From Anthoceros angustus (Eukaryota > Plantae > Anthocerotophyta), in the NCBI GenBank assembly GCA_010909165.1, contig VJWM01000186.1:186001-250000 (forward strand): a stretch of DNA of 64,000 bases, in the 5' to 3' direction. Below the pieces are notes generated by a model, which saw only the letters and a list, made by a program, of their open reading frames with translations, was not told the origin of the DNA and made no database searches. This document shows, piece after piece, positions 34,801 through 48,227 of this stretch. The position numbers were made by a program, and so were the translations under genes. Numbering within the stretch: the stretch's first letter is position 1; every line of letters starts with the position of its first letter.

Positions 34801-37800
34801 ACCGCCTCCTCGGAGACAACACTTCTCCTTCCTCAAGGCGACTGGGTGGTCTCATCATCCAAGACCACCACCTGAGGTGAAGCACTCCCTTGCTCCACCT
34901 TGGGTTCCTCCTCTGCCTTCTTCACCTTCTTCGGGAGAGGGACCCCTGTACTATGCCTCAGAGGGACCACTTCAAACGGCTGGTAAGACTCCTCTAGCTC
35001 CTCTTTTGTAAGTAACCCATGTGCCGCCCACAACTGCACCAAGTAAGTGCTCAAATGGTTGTGTCTCGCTCCTTCATTGTCCACAATATTTGGCCTCAGC
35101 AGCTTGTCTCGGTGATGCTCATAGGCCATCAACATGGCTGTCCCCCAGTCAGGCTGAGCTCCTTGCTTCAACTTCCACATGAAATGAAGGAACGCGCTGC
35201 TGAAGTAGGTGGTTCGCTGACAGCAGGTCAGCCCCAACACTATCCTTGTAAAAGTTTCCACTTGAGGTACAATCTTATCATCCTCCAGCCTTGAGCTTGG
35301 CCTCCGCTTCATTTTGGCTTGGGCAGCCTCGCCCCTCCGACGCCTTCAACTGTCCCTATTCTCGCTCTTCTCACCAATGAGAGTTGCTGCCACTCCTTCC
35401 ACATCGATGCCTCCTCAATTTTCTCTGATTGAGGGTAGCCACTTCCTTCATTCGCTCCCTACTTTCTTGTCTCGCCTGTCTTCAATCTTGCCGAGCCCCA
35501 ACCTTCTCTCCAGTCAACTAGGCGCCCTTCGCCATCCATCTCGATAGCCTTGCTATCCTTCTCCCACCGATCAGAGGCACGCCACCGTCCCGAGCGCCTC
35601 ACCTCCAACTCCTCTACTTCCTGTAAGGCCTGCTTCACTAGTGGAGTGTCAATTAGCTGACAGATGGTCAGCAGATCCTTCAAAGCCTTAGTCTTCTCAT
35701 TCCCTCCCGTCACCGACCGCCTTTCTCGCTGGGCCTCCACTCCTGACTAATGATATTGGGTGGGACTCCTGTGACTCGGTCATCTCCTCGGGTGGGTTAG
35801 TTCCACCATCCCGCCCATATGGGTTGCCTCTCAGACACATGGTGGCACCGCCACCTTCCTTTGTGCCACTGCCTCCTCGGAGACAACACTTCTCCTTCCT
35901 CAAGGCGACTGGGTGGTCTCATCATCCAAGATCACCACCGAGGTGAAGCACTCCTTGCTCCACCTTGGGTTCCTCCTCCGCCTTCTTCACCTTCTTCGGG
36001 AGAGGGACCCCTGTACTGCCCCGAGGGACCACTTCAAACGGCTGGTAAGACTCCTCCAGCTTCTTAAGTAACCCATGTGCCGCCCACAACCGCAAGTAAG
36101 TGCTCAAATGGTTGTGTCTCGCCCTTCATTGTCCACAATGTTTGGCCTCAGCTTTGTCCTTGATGCTCATAGGCCATCAACATGGCTGTCCCCCCAGCCG
36201 AGCTCCTGCTTCAACTTCCACATGAAATGAAAGAACGCGCTGCTGAAGTAGGTGGTTCGCTGACAGCAGGTCAGCCCCAGACTATCCTTGTAAAAAGTTT
36301 CCACTTGAGGTCAGCAATCTTATCTGTCCTCCAGCCATTTCGCGTCTTCGCGTCCACCCCTCCGATGAGCATGCTGAGAGCTTCCTCGGGAAGGTCAGCT
36401 ACCACTGCCCTTTTTCCATCTTCATTCCTCTCGGTGGGAGCCACACCATCACTTTCGCTCTCTAGCCTCCCATATACCTTACGAATGTGCTGGACAGTCC
36501 ATCCCTTCGGATCTGTCCGCACGTTCCTCTCCTCCATGTTCTCCGTTTCTCCCTCCGTCAGTTCGAGCTGCCTGTAGCAAGATTCAACCAACTCCACATT
36601 AGAATAGGCCCAGTGCCTATCATACGCCCATTGGAGCTGCACATTGTCGTCAGCAGCCCACAGTCGAAAGTCCCACAAGTCTATGGAGGAGACTTGCACG
36701 CTGAAACATAAAAACCCCGGCCCCTCCTTCTCGGCTTGATCTTTTCGGCTTCTCTTCACACTTCTCCTTCTTCTTCTCCTTGCATGGGCTCGCTCCCTCC
36801 TTCTGCTGTTCTTGCGCCGCCTTCCTCCTCCAGGCGTGCTTCCGTCTCCAACGTCTCTCCGCTATGCGATCGACTTCTTCTCCAAAATTCGGCTCCAGTC
36901 CTCCCTATCGGCTCAAATGGTTGTGTCTCGCCCTTCATTGTCCACAATGTTTGGCCTCAGCTTTGTCCTTGATGCTCATAGGCCATCAACATGGCTGTCC
37001 CCCCAGCCGAGCTCCTGCTTCAACTTCCACATGAAATGAAAGAATGCTCAAGTAGGTGGTTCACGACGCAGTCAGCCCCAAAGACTATCCTTGTAAAAGT
37101 TTCCACTTGAGGTCAGCAATCTTATCCGCCCTCCACCATTTCGCCTTCGCATCCACCCTCCGATGAGCATGCCGAGAGCTTCCTGGAAGGTCACCACCTT
37201 TTCCATCTTCATTCCTCCTGGGAGCCACACCATCACTTTCGCCTCTAGCCTCCCATATACCTTACGAATGTGCTGGATACCATCCCTTCTGACCGCCTCG
37301 CACGCCCTCTCCTCCATGTTCTCCGCTTTCTCCTCCGCTCGAATGCCCGTAAAGATTCAACCAACTCCACATTAGAATAGGCCTGCCTATCATACGCCCA
37401 TTGAGCTGCACACGAGCCCCAAAAGTCCCACAAGTCTATGGAGGAGACTTTTGCATCAAAACACCCCGGCCCCTCCTTCTCGGCTTGATCTTTTCGGCTG
37501 CTCTTTTTCTTCTCCTCACGACATGTGCTCGCCTCCTCCGGCCAACGCCTCACAGACCTCCAACTGCTGCGTCTTCATCTCCAACGCCTCCCGCCGTATT
37601 CCCGACTTCTTCCAAAATTCGGCTCCAGTCCTCCCTATCAGCTCAAATGAACTGATCACTCCCCGACTACTCACATATATAGTGTGATGGGGGATTTTCC
37701 AAAACCCAAAGGCCAAGGACAAAACCCCTACTGCCCGAAGGCTAAGGACTTTTTCCCCCGTTGGCAAACGTTAGAAATTCCTCAACCACCGAAGGCCAAG

Positions 37801-40800
37801 GAAGAATTTTCAGATGTTCACCAATTTGCCAAAGGCCAAGGAAGAAATTTCGACAGACATGTATAAGGTCACCCGCCACGTCAGCCCTAAACCGCCTACT
37901 GCCGCCTTTCTCTGGGCGCCTCCACTCGACTAATGATATTGGTGACTCGTGACTCGGCCATCTCGGTGGGTTAGTTCCACCACCCGCCCATATGGGTTGC
38001 CTCTCAGACACATGGTGGCACCGCCACCTCTTCCTTTGTGCTGCTCCCTGACGACAACACTTCTCCTTCCTCAAGGCCAGACGCCGGGTGGTCTCATCAT
38101 CCAAGACCACCACAGGTGAAGCACTCCTTGCTCCACCTTGGGTTCCTCCTCCGCCTTTCACCTTCTTGGAGAGGGACCTGCATCATGCCTCGAGGGACCA
38201 CTTCAAACTACCGGTAAGACTCCTCCAGCTCTTCTTTGTAAGTAACCCATGTGCCCACAACCGCACAAGTGCTCAAATGGTTGTGTCTCGCCCTTCATTG
38301 TCCACAATATTTGGCCTCAGCTTTGTCCTTGATGCTCATAGGCCATCAACATGGCTGTCCCCCCAGCCGAGCTCCTGCTTCAACTTCCACATGAAATGAA
38401 AGAATGCCTCAAGTAGGTGGTTCACGATGCAGTCCCCAAAACTATCCTTGTAAAAGTTTCCACTTGAGGTCAGCAATCTTATCCGCCCTCCACCATTTCT
38501 GCCTTCGCATCCACCCTCCGATGAGCATGCCGAGAGCTTCCTGGAAGGTCACCACCGCTCTTTTTCCATCTTCATTCCTTGGGAGCCACCATCACTTTCG
38601 CCTCTAGCCTCCCATATACCTTACGAATGTGCCGATACCCATCCCTTCGGATCTGCCCGCACGCCTCTCCTCCATGTTCTCCGTTTCTCCTCCGCCGCCT
38701 CGAGCCTGTAGCAAGATTCAACCAACTCCACATTAGAATAGGCCCAATGCCTATCATACGCCCATTGAGCTGCACATTGTCGCTGCAGTCAGAAAGTCCC
38801 ACATAAGTCTATGGAGGAGACTTGCACTGAAACATAAAACCCCGGCCCCTCCTTCTCGGCTTGATCTTTTCGCCGCTTTCTCCTTTTTCTCCTTGGCCGA
38901 TGTGCTCGCCTCCTTGTCCAACGCCGCGCACTCCTCCGCTGCCTTCATCTCCAACGCCTCCCCTCAGACAACGACTTCTTCCAAAATTCGCCCAGCCCTC
39001 CCTATCACTCAAATGAACGATCACTCCCGACTACTCACATATATAGTGTGATGGGGGATTTTCCAAAACCCAAAGGCCAAGGACAAACCCCTCCGCCAAA
39101 GGCTAAGGACTTTTTCCCCGCTGGCGTTAGAAATTCCTCAACCACCGGCCAAGGAAGAATTTTCATGTTCACCAATTTGCCAAAGGCCAAGGAAGAAATC
39201 AGGACATGTCAAGGGGTCACCCGCCACGTCAGCCCTAAACCGCCTGCCTGCCTTCCGTCATCCGAAATTCACGAGGCCAAGGATGACCAATTTTCCTCCT
39301 CCCAGCGCCAAGGACTTTTTGCTATATATGCCTTGCATGCGCCCTTCTGCTGTTCTTGCGCCGCCTTCCTCACGCGCCTGCCCCGCCTCGCGCCTGTCCA
39401 ACTCGTGCGACTGCCCGCAGACGAATTTCCCTGGCGCCCCAAATGGAATAAGGACTTTACTCTGCTGCATGTTCGTCTGCTGGAAGTGACCAAGGCCACG
39501 ACCTTAGGCCTCGGTACCAACTCGACACTGCAGTTCGGTCCAAGAACTGCCTCACAGAAGTTTTCCGACCCTCCTTCTCGGACCTCCTGTCCGCCTCCGT
39601 CTGACTCAGCTGCTTGGACCTTTCCTCAGCCTGCTTTTTCCCGTCCCGTCTTGGGATTGCCATCTTGTCCGCCTGCTTCAACTCGCAACTTCTCGCTTTG
39701 CCTCACGAATCTCTTGATGAGACAAAGAAAAAAAAAAAAAGAAACCTAACCGATATGAACAAAACTAGGAGGCATCCGCCTCTTCTAACTGTGGACCCAA
39801 AATTGCCCACAACATCCTCATGACTGCAAGGTTTGGAGCTTGATCTTTGAGATTTGACACATGCTTAGTGGTTTGATTATGAAGACATAGCACCTAGTGA
39901 GCCAGAACGCAGCCGATGGCATAAGGAATGTAAGGGCGATTCGAGAGGTAATGGTGTTCTTTTGTTCCTATGATCCGCAAAAGTGGGATGAGCTGCACAT
40001 TGTCGCCGCAGTCGAAAATCCCACAAGTCTATGGAGGAGACTTGCACCAAACATAAAACCCCGGCCCCTCCTTCTCGGCTTGATCTTTTCTCTTCCTGCT
40101 TTCTCCTTTTTCTTCTCCTTGCCGATGTGCTCGCCTCCTTCTTCTGAACGCCCAGACTCCATTGCTGCCTTCATCTCCAACGCCTCTCGCCAGACGCCCG
40201 ACTTCTTCTCCAAAATTGCTCCGCCCTCCCTATCACTCAAATGAACTCGATCACTCCCGACTACTCACATATATAGTGTGATGGGGGATTTTCCAAAACC
40301 AAAGGCCAAGGACAAACCCTACCGCCAAAGGCTAAGGACTTTTTCCCCGTTAGCAAACGTTAGAAATTCCTCAACCAGGCCAAGGAAGAATTTTCATGTT
40401 CACCAATTTGCCAAAGGCCAAGGAAGAAATTTCAAGGACATGTACAAGGTCAGTCCGCCAGCCTTGTAGCCCTAAACCGCCTGCCACTGTGGCCTTCCGC
40501 TTATCCGAAATCAAGGCCAAGGATGACCAATTTTCTCCTCCGAGCGCCAAGGACTTTTTGCTATATATGCCTTGCATGCGCCCTTCTGCTGTTCTTGCGC
40601 CGCCTCACGCGCCTGCTCGCCCTGGCCTGTGTCCAACTGTGCAGCCCGCTGCACGAGAATCTCCCTTGCGCGCGCGTCCTCCAGCTGGAATAAGGACTTT
40701 ACTCTGCTGCATGTTCGTCTGCAAGAGTGACGGCCACGACCCAGCTCGGTACCAACCCTCGACACTGCAGTTCGGTTCAAGAACTGCCTCCCTCACAGAA

Positions 40801-41205
40801 GTTTTCTCGACCCTCCTTCTGGGACCTCCCGTCGCCTCCGTCTGACTCAGCTTGGACCTTTCCTCAGGCCCGTTTTTTCCCCGTCCCGTCCGTCCAGTTG
40901 GGGGATTGCCATCTTGTCCGCCCGCTTCTCAACTCGCAACTTCTCGTTGCTGTCTCCCCGTCAGTAATCTCTTGATGAGACAAAGAAAAAAAAAAAAAGA
41001 AACCTAACCGATATGAACAAAACTAGGAGGCATCCGCCTCTCTTCTAACCGTGGACCCAAAATTCGGCGTTCCACAACATCCTCATGACTGTGCGTCTGG
41101 TTTGGAGCTTGATGCTGAGATTTGACACATGCAGTTAGTGGTTTGATTATGAAGACATAGCACCTAGTGGTTTTCGCAGTCCGCAGCCGATGGCTGCATA
41201 AGGAA

Positions 41206-42278
41206 TGTAAGGGCGTATTCTGAGAGGTAACAGGTTCTTTTGTTCCTATGATCCGCAGCAAAGTGGACAGAGCCTGATGCAATCGCTGTGAGCTCTCCAA
41301 TTTGAAGTGTTGAGAGCTCCAAAACTTCACTCCTAAACACACCCCTTCCTTGTTGTGGCAACAACACTCACCCTGAAACACACGCACATGTTAGCCCTGG
41401 CTTGAGTCCTCCAGCTGCTGCCAATTCCCTCTCGCGATTTCTCCTTCCAGGGCAAGGCACCGCCGGTGAAGCAATCATGGGGCTCCTTCCTGCTCCTTCG
41501 ACCTCCACAGTCCCCACGCTTTCGGTGCTCCAACCTGTGCCTCCCGGCTTTGAACTCCGCTTCCAGCACTCTGGCGCTTGGCGCGCTCCTCACAGTTGCA
41601 CCGAGCTCAAAGAAAACTTCCCACACTCCAGGATGCTGGATGCCTTCCTCTTCCGCTCCGCCGCGCTCAGCTAGGGCTCTCTCTCTTTCCTTAGCTTGCG
41701 CGTCGTCTTCCTCTCGTTCGCAAGTGGCGGCGACAGTGATGGCGATGGCAGCCTACTCTTTTCCTTCACCTTCTCCTCCTTCTTCTTACGCCCCAACTTC
41801 AGTCCGTCGCGAAGTGAAGGAGGCGCTGCCCAAAACCGCACTTTGCCCTCCTTAGATGTCTGCCACCTGGAGGCCTCTCAACCCTGGATTGGGTCTATCA
41901 TTCTAAAATACCTAATCTTGCCTATTTTCCTATCCTATCCGCTACCCCTAGTTAATCGCTTTCTAATTACTTTATTCGTTTATTCCCCTATTGGTGAGCA
42001 TATATAGTGGATATCCCCCCTATTCTAATTTCCTTTTCCGGCCAAGATCTCTCATTCACCACGGTGATGCCTACCATGGTAATCTGCTTTTCCCCTCATC
42101 CTACCGGCGTAGTGTGGCAGCCTACGGCGGTAGTCTGCCAGCCTACCGCCTCTTCGGGTTGCCTTCCTGTCCTGCCTAGGGGTCGTTTTGACCCGTTTCT
42201 TTTCCCAGGATATCCCTCCTGCCTTTCTACTCATATCCTACAGCTCCGGATCCAAGGTTCTCAAAAAAGTTCCTAACA
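41206..42278. repeat. LTR of gypsy element 2 (~1.07 kb)
   Basis: TGTAAGGG..TCCTAACA. Its reverse complement is collinear with 8405-9515. Confidence 0.75.
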
Positions 42279-44499
42279 TGTCCCACTTCAATCGTTTTCG
42301 GCAAAAAAAAATCAGGTTCGTTCTTCCTCTGGCTCTTTGGGCTGGTTGCCCAAACTTTTTCATTCCACACATAGTTGCTCTCACGAAATCACACAAGACG
42401 GGTCAAGGGCAGAATTGCCCATCCAAAACAACGGTTGTGTGGGTTGAAGCCAGAAATACCAACCCTCTTGCCGTGGCGTGACCGATGCTGGTGGGGTTAG
42501 CTACCAAGGTTGCTCGCCACCTCAGTCACAGGACTTGGCTGAGTGGATGCGACCTTGTTCGCTTGGCAATCGTTGTACCGCGACAAATTCGGAGCGTGAA
42601 TTCCGGAGTTTGGCGCCCAATTCTTGCAGTCGTGAATTCTTGAGCGCGACACAATTCTCTCACCCACACAAGCGCTCGTTGCCTTTCGAACCAGGTGAAC
42701 AGTGAAGAGGATGGCGTCGTTACGCTCACTTCAGGTAGGTCTGACAATAGGCAACCCGTGCTTATAATACGGTGCCGCCATGTGTCTATATGGGAGTAAA
42801 CCCTAATTTAGTTGCGGTGACGATGGAAACGCCGTTTTATCGTGGTTAAAAACCATAAATTGGAGCCGCCGTTTTCTGATCCGCTAGATGCAGTAATGAT
42901 GCATGCCTTTCGGCCAAAATATTTTGCGTCGTCTTTACTTCTTGCGAGAAGGGATTGGCCTTTGCCAACTGTTGTTCCTTTGGCTTTCAGGAAACGTGAA
43001 ACCCGTTTTCCACCCAATATTCAATGTTCCATACGGTCTTGAATGTGAGAGAGGTACAACACGAGAGCAAGAAGCGTTGGCTATAGTTTGCGAGGTTGGC
43101 GACTATTGGTGTCACCGGCGAGGTCGTCAAGGTTCTAGACCTCCATCATGCTACAAGCTACGCACATTCTTCATGACAGGTGATACCACTGCGCTTCTTC
43201 TATTGCCTTTGTGGTGAAACTTTACGGCAATGTGGGTCACGTGGTTGCCGATTCGGATGGACCGTGATGGCGATGTTCATTTTGGAGGCGAAGATGCCTC
43301 CCAATATCTCGAGAGATCGATTCGGAAAGAAGAACCAAGCGTCAAGCGAATTTTGCCAGAGATATGACTCGGCCTTTTGCGGCGTGCATGCCTCAACCTT
43401 CTCAGCAAAGTAAGCAATTACAATCGAGCATTGGTGACATGTGTTAAAGCGTGAAGTGGAATTCTCTGTGTGTGGACGCGCTGCACTTCCGCATTGCCTA
43501 ACAAATGTTCACTTCCTGGGTGCAGGTCCACGGTGGAGGAGGACTCATCAGCAGTCTCGTGTGCCTCGCTTTCTTCCTCCCACTCCAAGAAATATGAATC
43601 TCTACACTGCAATGGATAGAAGTCCTGTGGGAGGGAGGGGCGGAAAGTGGCGAGCAGGTTGTGGTGAGTGCATTTAATGGAAATGCTAGTGGTGGAGAAG
43701 CTGGACACCCAAATGTGGATGAAGAGAATGTTTTCCAGACACCACCGGCAGAAGTCCACCTTCCTATCATCAAAACCTATATACGAGCGTTGCGGTAAAG
43801 CGAACACGATATCGGGTTGAGCGCTTCGTTTCGTAAGAGAGGGGACTGTGTTGCGTGATTTTGAAACCATGTTGCAACAAATTGTGCATCAAATGTTGAC
43901 CAAAGAAGGCTTCGAGCGCGGGGCGAGTTCCTGAGGTTGAGCAGCCGCACAGAAACATTTCTTCGGCCCCTTGTCGACAAATTTGAGGCCAACTCAAGAC
44001 AACGAGTTATAACCCATCTCATGGGTGCTGCTCAATGAGATCTGCTGAAAGCCTTGGTGTCTTGCATCGGCTCAACAAGATATGAAGAGTTGAAGAGGAG
44101 GGTATTGTGTAATGCTCCATGGGATGAGAATAAGCCAAGTCCTCGGGTGCAATCCTCCCATGCTTTGGGTGCGATTGCGTGGATGGACTCTACATTTATC
44201 CACTTGGCGGGCGTTTGCCAAGCGTGGAGGTGTATAACTTACCAGACACATTCACTAAGCTAGAGGTCTGGACACAATACAAAGGGGAAATGGAGCACAA
44301 AGGACTGCGCTTTATTTCATATGCCTACTTCTTGCGGCTTTGGGAACAGAACTTCAAACGGGTGAAGATACCCAAGTCCAATAGGTTTTCGACATGTTCA
44401 TTATGCGCAGGATTGAAGTTCAACATAAGAAGCACAGACGCTCGCAGCGACCAAGGGACGACTTTCCAAGCCCACTGCCATTTGGATATTAATCTATAA

Positions 44500-45360
44500 G
44501 TGAAGCAAAGTTGTGGGAAGCAGTGAAAGCCTGCCCGGCCGAGTCCTCACCTTCCCAACAGTGTGGGCGCCGGCATGCTGGTGCCTACCTATTCCTATGT
44601 ATGGTGATTCCGGCAACAGTATGTTGCATGCATGCCACCAGGGAGTAGGGCGCCGGCATGCGGCGCCCGGCTTCTCGTTGTTGCCAACATGCATGCCCGA
44701 CTAGTGGGGTGCCCGAATCTGCGCGATGAACCATTGGGTTACCGGCAATTCAGCGCACATGAATTTGTGGAATGCCGCGCCCACACACTGATCATGTTAT
44801 CTGCACACACGATCATGTTATCTTTGGCGCCCACGCACTTGTGTGTTCATGTTATGCGACCATGTACTAGAGATTACGGCATGCGGCAGCGGTGTCGGTT
44901 GTTCCGGCATGCGCACCCATGGTGCGGCATGCGGCGCCCACACACTGTGATCATGTTATGCCGCCCATGGACATGTGGCGGCATGCGCCCATGGACATGT
45001 GGCGGCATGCGCACCCATGTACTTGTGATGCGCCCATGGCGGCACGAAGGTACTTGTGCGCGGCATGCGGCATGCGCACCCATGGTGCGGCATGCGCCCA
45101 TGGACATGTGGCGGCATGCCGCACCCATGGTGCCGTGCAGCGCCTAGGCACCCATGGTGCGGCATGATGCCCAGTACAAGAGCCGGCTGCTGCCCTATCT
45201 CTATTGCCGGCCGAGCTTAGGCTCCAATGGTGCGGCATGCATTACTCAAACTAGTGTGTCGACATGGTCGATTGGAATGCATGCATGATTATGCGTCTTT
45301 GGGAATTTTGGCATGCATGCAATGGCATGTTTGCGGACCTTTCATTGTTTGATCATGCCT
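44500..45360. repeat. CGGCATGCG / CCCATGG-rich degenerate minisatellite inside the transposase locus
   Basis: Dozens of GCATGC and CCATGG palindromic units, sitting between two coding blocks. Confidence 0.8.
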
Positions 45361-46276
45361 TGCATCCGCCTCTTGAGTTCCAGTTCTTGTCCCCCTAACA
45401 TTGTACTTTCATTTGTGGATATCGGGATCGTTGGATAAGCATCGTATCCATCGATGGATGAACGGAAAAAGCTTCACAAGCATCGCACAAAAGGGTACAA
45501 GGAGCCACACAAGTATATGTTATTATGTATCGATGGAATGGATCAAAAAGCGTCTCTCCCCATATCTTGAGGTGGCGAAGGACTTAAAAGAGGACGACAA
45601 GATTACGATTGCATGTAGTGGGTTGCATGATTCATAATTACACATTCAAGGCGTATCTCCACTATCGAATTTGAGGAATGATGCAAATTTGATTTCTATT
45701 ATACAGGATGTGATCCTCACTTATGAAGGGTTGCTTCCTAAAGTTTTATATTTGCAGCTGGACAACACATGCAGGGAGAACAAGAATCAGCTGCTCTTTG
45801 CTTACCTCAACATGCTCGTCGACCTGGGAACGTTTGAGAAGGTGAAGGTTGGTTTTCTTCTTGTTGGGCATACACACGATCAAGTCGACCAAATGTTTTC
45901 TTGTTTCTCGAAACATCTGAAACACAAAGAGGCTAGAACCCTACCAACTATGCAGGACATTTTGAGAAACACACGAACCCAGTGAAGGTGGTGGAAGTTG
46001 CATTTCCGTTCATTTGTGTGGCCGATGCGATCGAAGGAGGTCGGAAGTACAAAGCTGCGGCGAAGTTAAACAACCTTCGTTCCAACACCGGTTCAAAATT
46101 ACCCAAGAAGACAAAGTGGACGGGAAAGGTAGCGGTCATTCGAGTAAACAATACTCGACTTCTCCATTGTGGGAAGCGAAGATGGCACAGGTTCTTGTCG
46201 TTTGTGCCTAAGCACCATCATTAACTCCTAATGGCATTGCAGGCGAAAGACAAGAAAGGGAGTGGAGGAGGCTTGA

Positions 46277-46832
46277 GTGCACGTGATGGCGTAGATCACT
46301 TGAAGAAAGGGATCTTGAAGTTACCAACTTATGTTAATCTGTTGAGGGGAGTGGTGGGATGATTTGGAAGGATCAAGAGGAGATCATAGCGATCGTGGAC
46401 CATAACATCGGACTTGTTTTGAAAACCCGTGGAAGTGGTATGATAGGGCGGCGGAAGCAAATGTGCCTCCTTGCTGGTTCGGATGAAGCTCTCTGGGCAA
46501 GCATTATTGCGGGATGTACCACAGGACATGTGCACAGGAGCATATCGAGCGTTGAGCACGTGATGGCGTAGATCACTTGAAGAAAGGGATGCTGAAGTTA
46601 CCAACTTATGTTAATGCTGTTGAGGGGAGTGGTGGGATGATTTGGAAGGATCAAGAGGAGATCGCAGCGATTGTGGACCATAACATCGGACTTGTTTTGA
46701 AAACCCGTGGAAGTGGTATGATAGGCGGCGGAAGCAAATGTGCCTCCTTGCTGGTTCGGATGAAGCTCTCGACGAAGCATTATTGCGGGATGTACCACAG
46801 GACATGTGCACAGGAGCATATCGAGCGTTGAA
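46277..46832 (+). repeat. ~278-bp tandem duplication in the transposase C-terminal region
   Basis: GTGATGGCGTAGATCACTTGAAGAAAGGGAT occurs at ~46283 and ~46560. Confidence 0.9.
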
Positions 46833-48227
46833 CGTGATGAGGAAGTGGAGAGGATGAATGGTGACATCATGGAGATTAAAAAAGATATGTTCATTGTAAC
46901 GCCTTGTGAGGGCGATACTCACAATAGGGCGTTGTGGGTGGCCAAGGATGTTGGTGTCCACTTCACCGTCCCCGGCCCCTATTTCCTTGTGCACTGGTGG
47001 CAGACCGAACACACAGATGCTTTTGAAGGGAAGTATGTAGGGGAATACTTTCTCAGGTCTGATAGCGACATTGCAGCACCTTTGAAAAGCAAGGCGGGAA
47101 AAGGTTTCAGGCCTCCGAACATCCAAAAGCTCTTCGTCCGTAAAACCATTATTGTATATTATGGGTTCAAGTGACATCCGAACATCTCTGCAGACAAGAA
47201 AAGCAATCAAGAGAAATTGAATGCTCTTGACCTCATATCGTGCCTCCTCCATAGATGCACATCGATAGCGAGGATGATGGTGATGAAGTTGTCAGTCGAG
47301 GAAGAAGGTTTAGAGTCGTGAAGAGTGAGGATGTGATTCTTGGTTGGTACAAGATAAGTGAGATAGATTGGATGGTGTTGTCATGGCCAATGGGAAGAGG
47401 AGCGTAGTATCAGTTGAGTGAACTTTTTATCTCCGTATCCCAAAGAAAATGTTACTACTACGGGCATGCACTTACATGAATCAAATCGATTTCTTCATTG
47501 AACATTCTCGCGATGAATTAGAGTTCCCAAATCCCTAGGGTTCATCACACTTTGTTTCCCCAACCATAGTTTGAGGCGTGTTGCTCAAAGAGCAGCGGGG
47601 ATAAAAACTAAGGCCCTCCGCTCATGTGGACCCAAGCGAGAATTCAGTTCACTATGGCATCGGTTTGGGACGGTGGCACCATCTCATTCATGACCTTGCA
47701 AGGGAGGCGGGGTCGGCTATATGCGCGGCGCGCATTACCGACCCGCTCTCCTTGCACATTCGAGCAAGTGACCATGGCGTTAGGCGCCGACATTAAAATG
47801 GCGCCGGCATGCGCGCCTAACCCTCTCACCCGACGCACGGTGTCCTCCATATTGTGTGTGCGATGTATTCCCTTTTCCGAAAGTCCATGTATTATATAGT
47901 TTTTGGGTTGGCGAGGTCGTGAGGACATACATAAATAAGCCGCAATTACTACAGCGCACAGATTCATACGTTCTGCGTCTATGCAATTTGTTACAACATG
48001 GGTCTCCATTCCCTTGGAATCATGTATTGTGTCGGCGTGCACACCATTCTTGGTCCAATTGTCATCCATGGATCCTATGATCCACATGTTGAACACCATA
48101 ATTTTTCAGTGTTTTCAGCTATCTATGTAGCATAGAACCAATTTGATACCCATCACAAACCTTGTTCAGCGTATATTGGCCTATGAAACCGCTTGATGTA
48201 TATTCAATCCCTTCAAATATTACCATG

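Larger units (their letters stand above)
29160..42278 (-). mobile_element. Related gypsy element 2: LTR plus ORF A homolog, expanded by overlapping partial tandem copies
   Basis: ORF A homolog fragments on -: FLCFSVQVSSIDLWDFRLWAADDNVQLQWAYDRHWAYSNVELVESCY (36271-36759), FTRIVLGLTCCQRTTYFSSAFLHFMWKL..DWGT (34833-35312) and MMHRMLVVRKQRFQADYA (32774-33079). Anchor sequences recur at 29614/30697/32075; 34184/35240/36282/37085/38442; 37667/39031/40261. The left boundary is uncertain. Confidence 0.75.
43900..47200 (+). pseudogene. Sola-like DDD/E DNA transposase, frameshifted, probably intron-containing
   Basis: FLRLWEQNFKRVKIPKSNRFSTCSLC (44330-44410), IDGMDQ (~45529-45546), LYLQLDNTCRENKN (~45745-45786) and FLLVGHTHDQVDQMFS (~45855-45901). 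The superfamily call is from recalled motifs; termini were not found. Confidence 0.65.

Noticed and set aside
44632-45238. His/Met/Ala/Cys-rich ORFs on both strands
   Set aside because: These are shadows of the GCATGC minisatellite, with no domain features.
47697-47756. Helitron 3' terminus
   Set aside because: The hairpin is much longer than typical, there is no adjacent CTRR end, and no Rep/helicase is present in the window.
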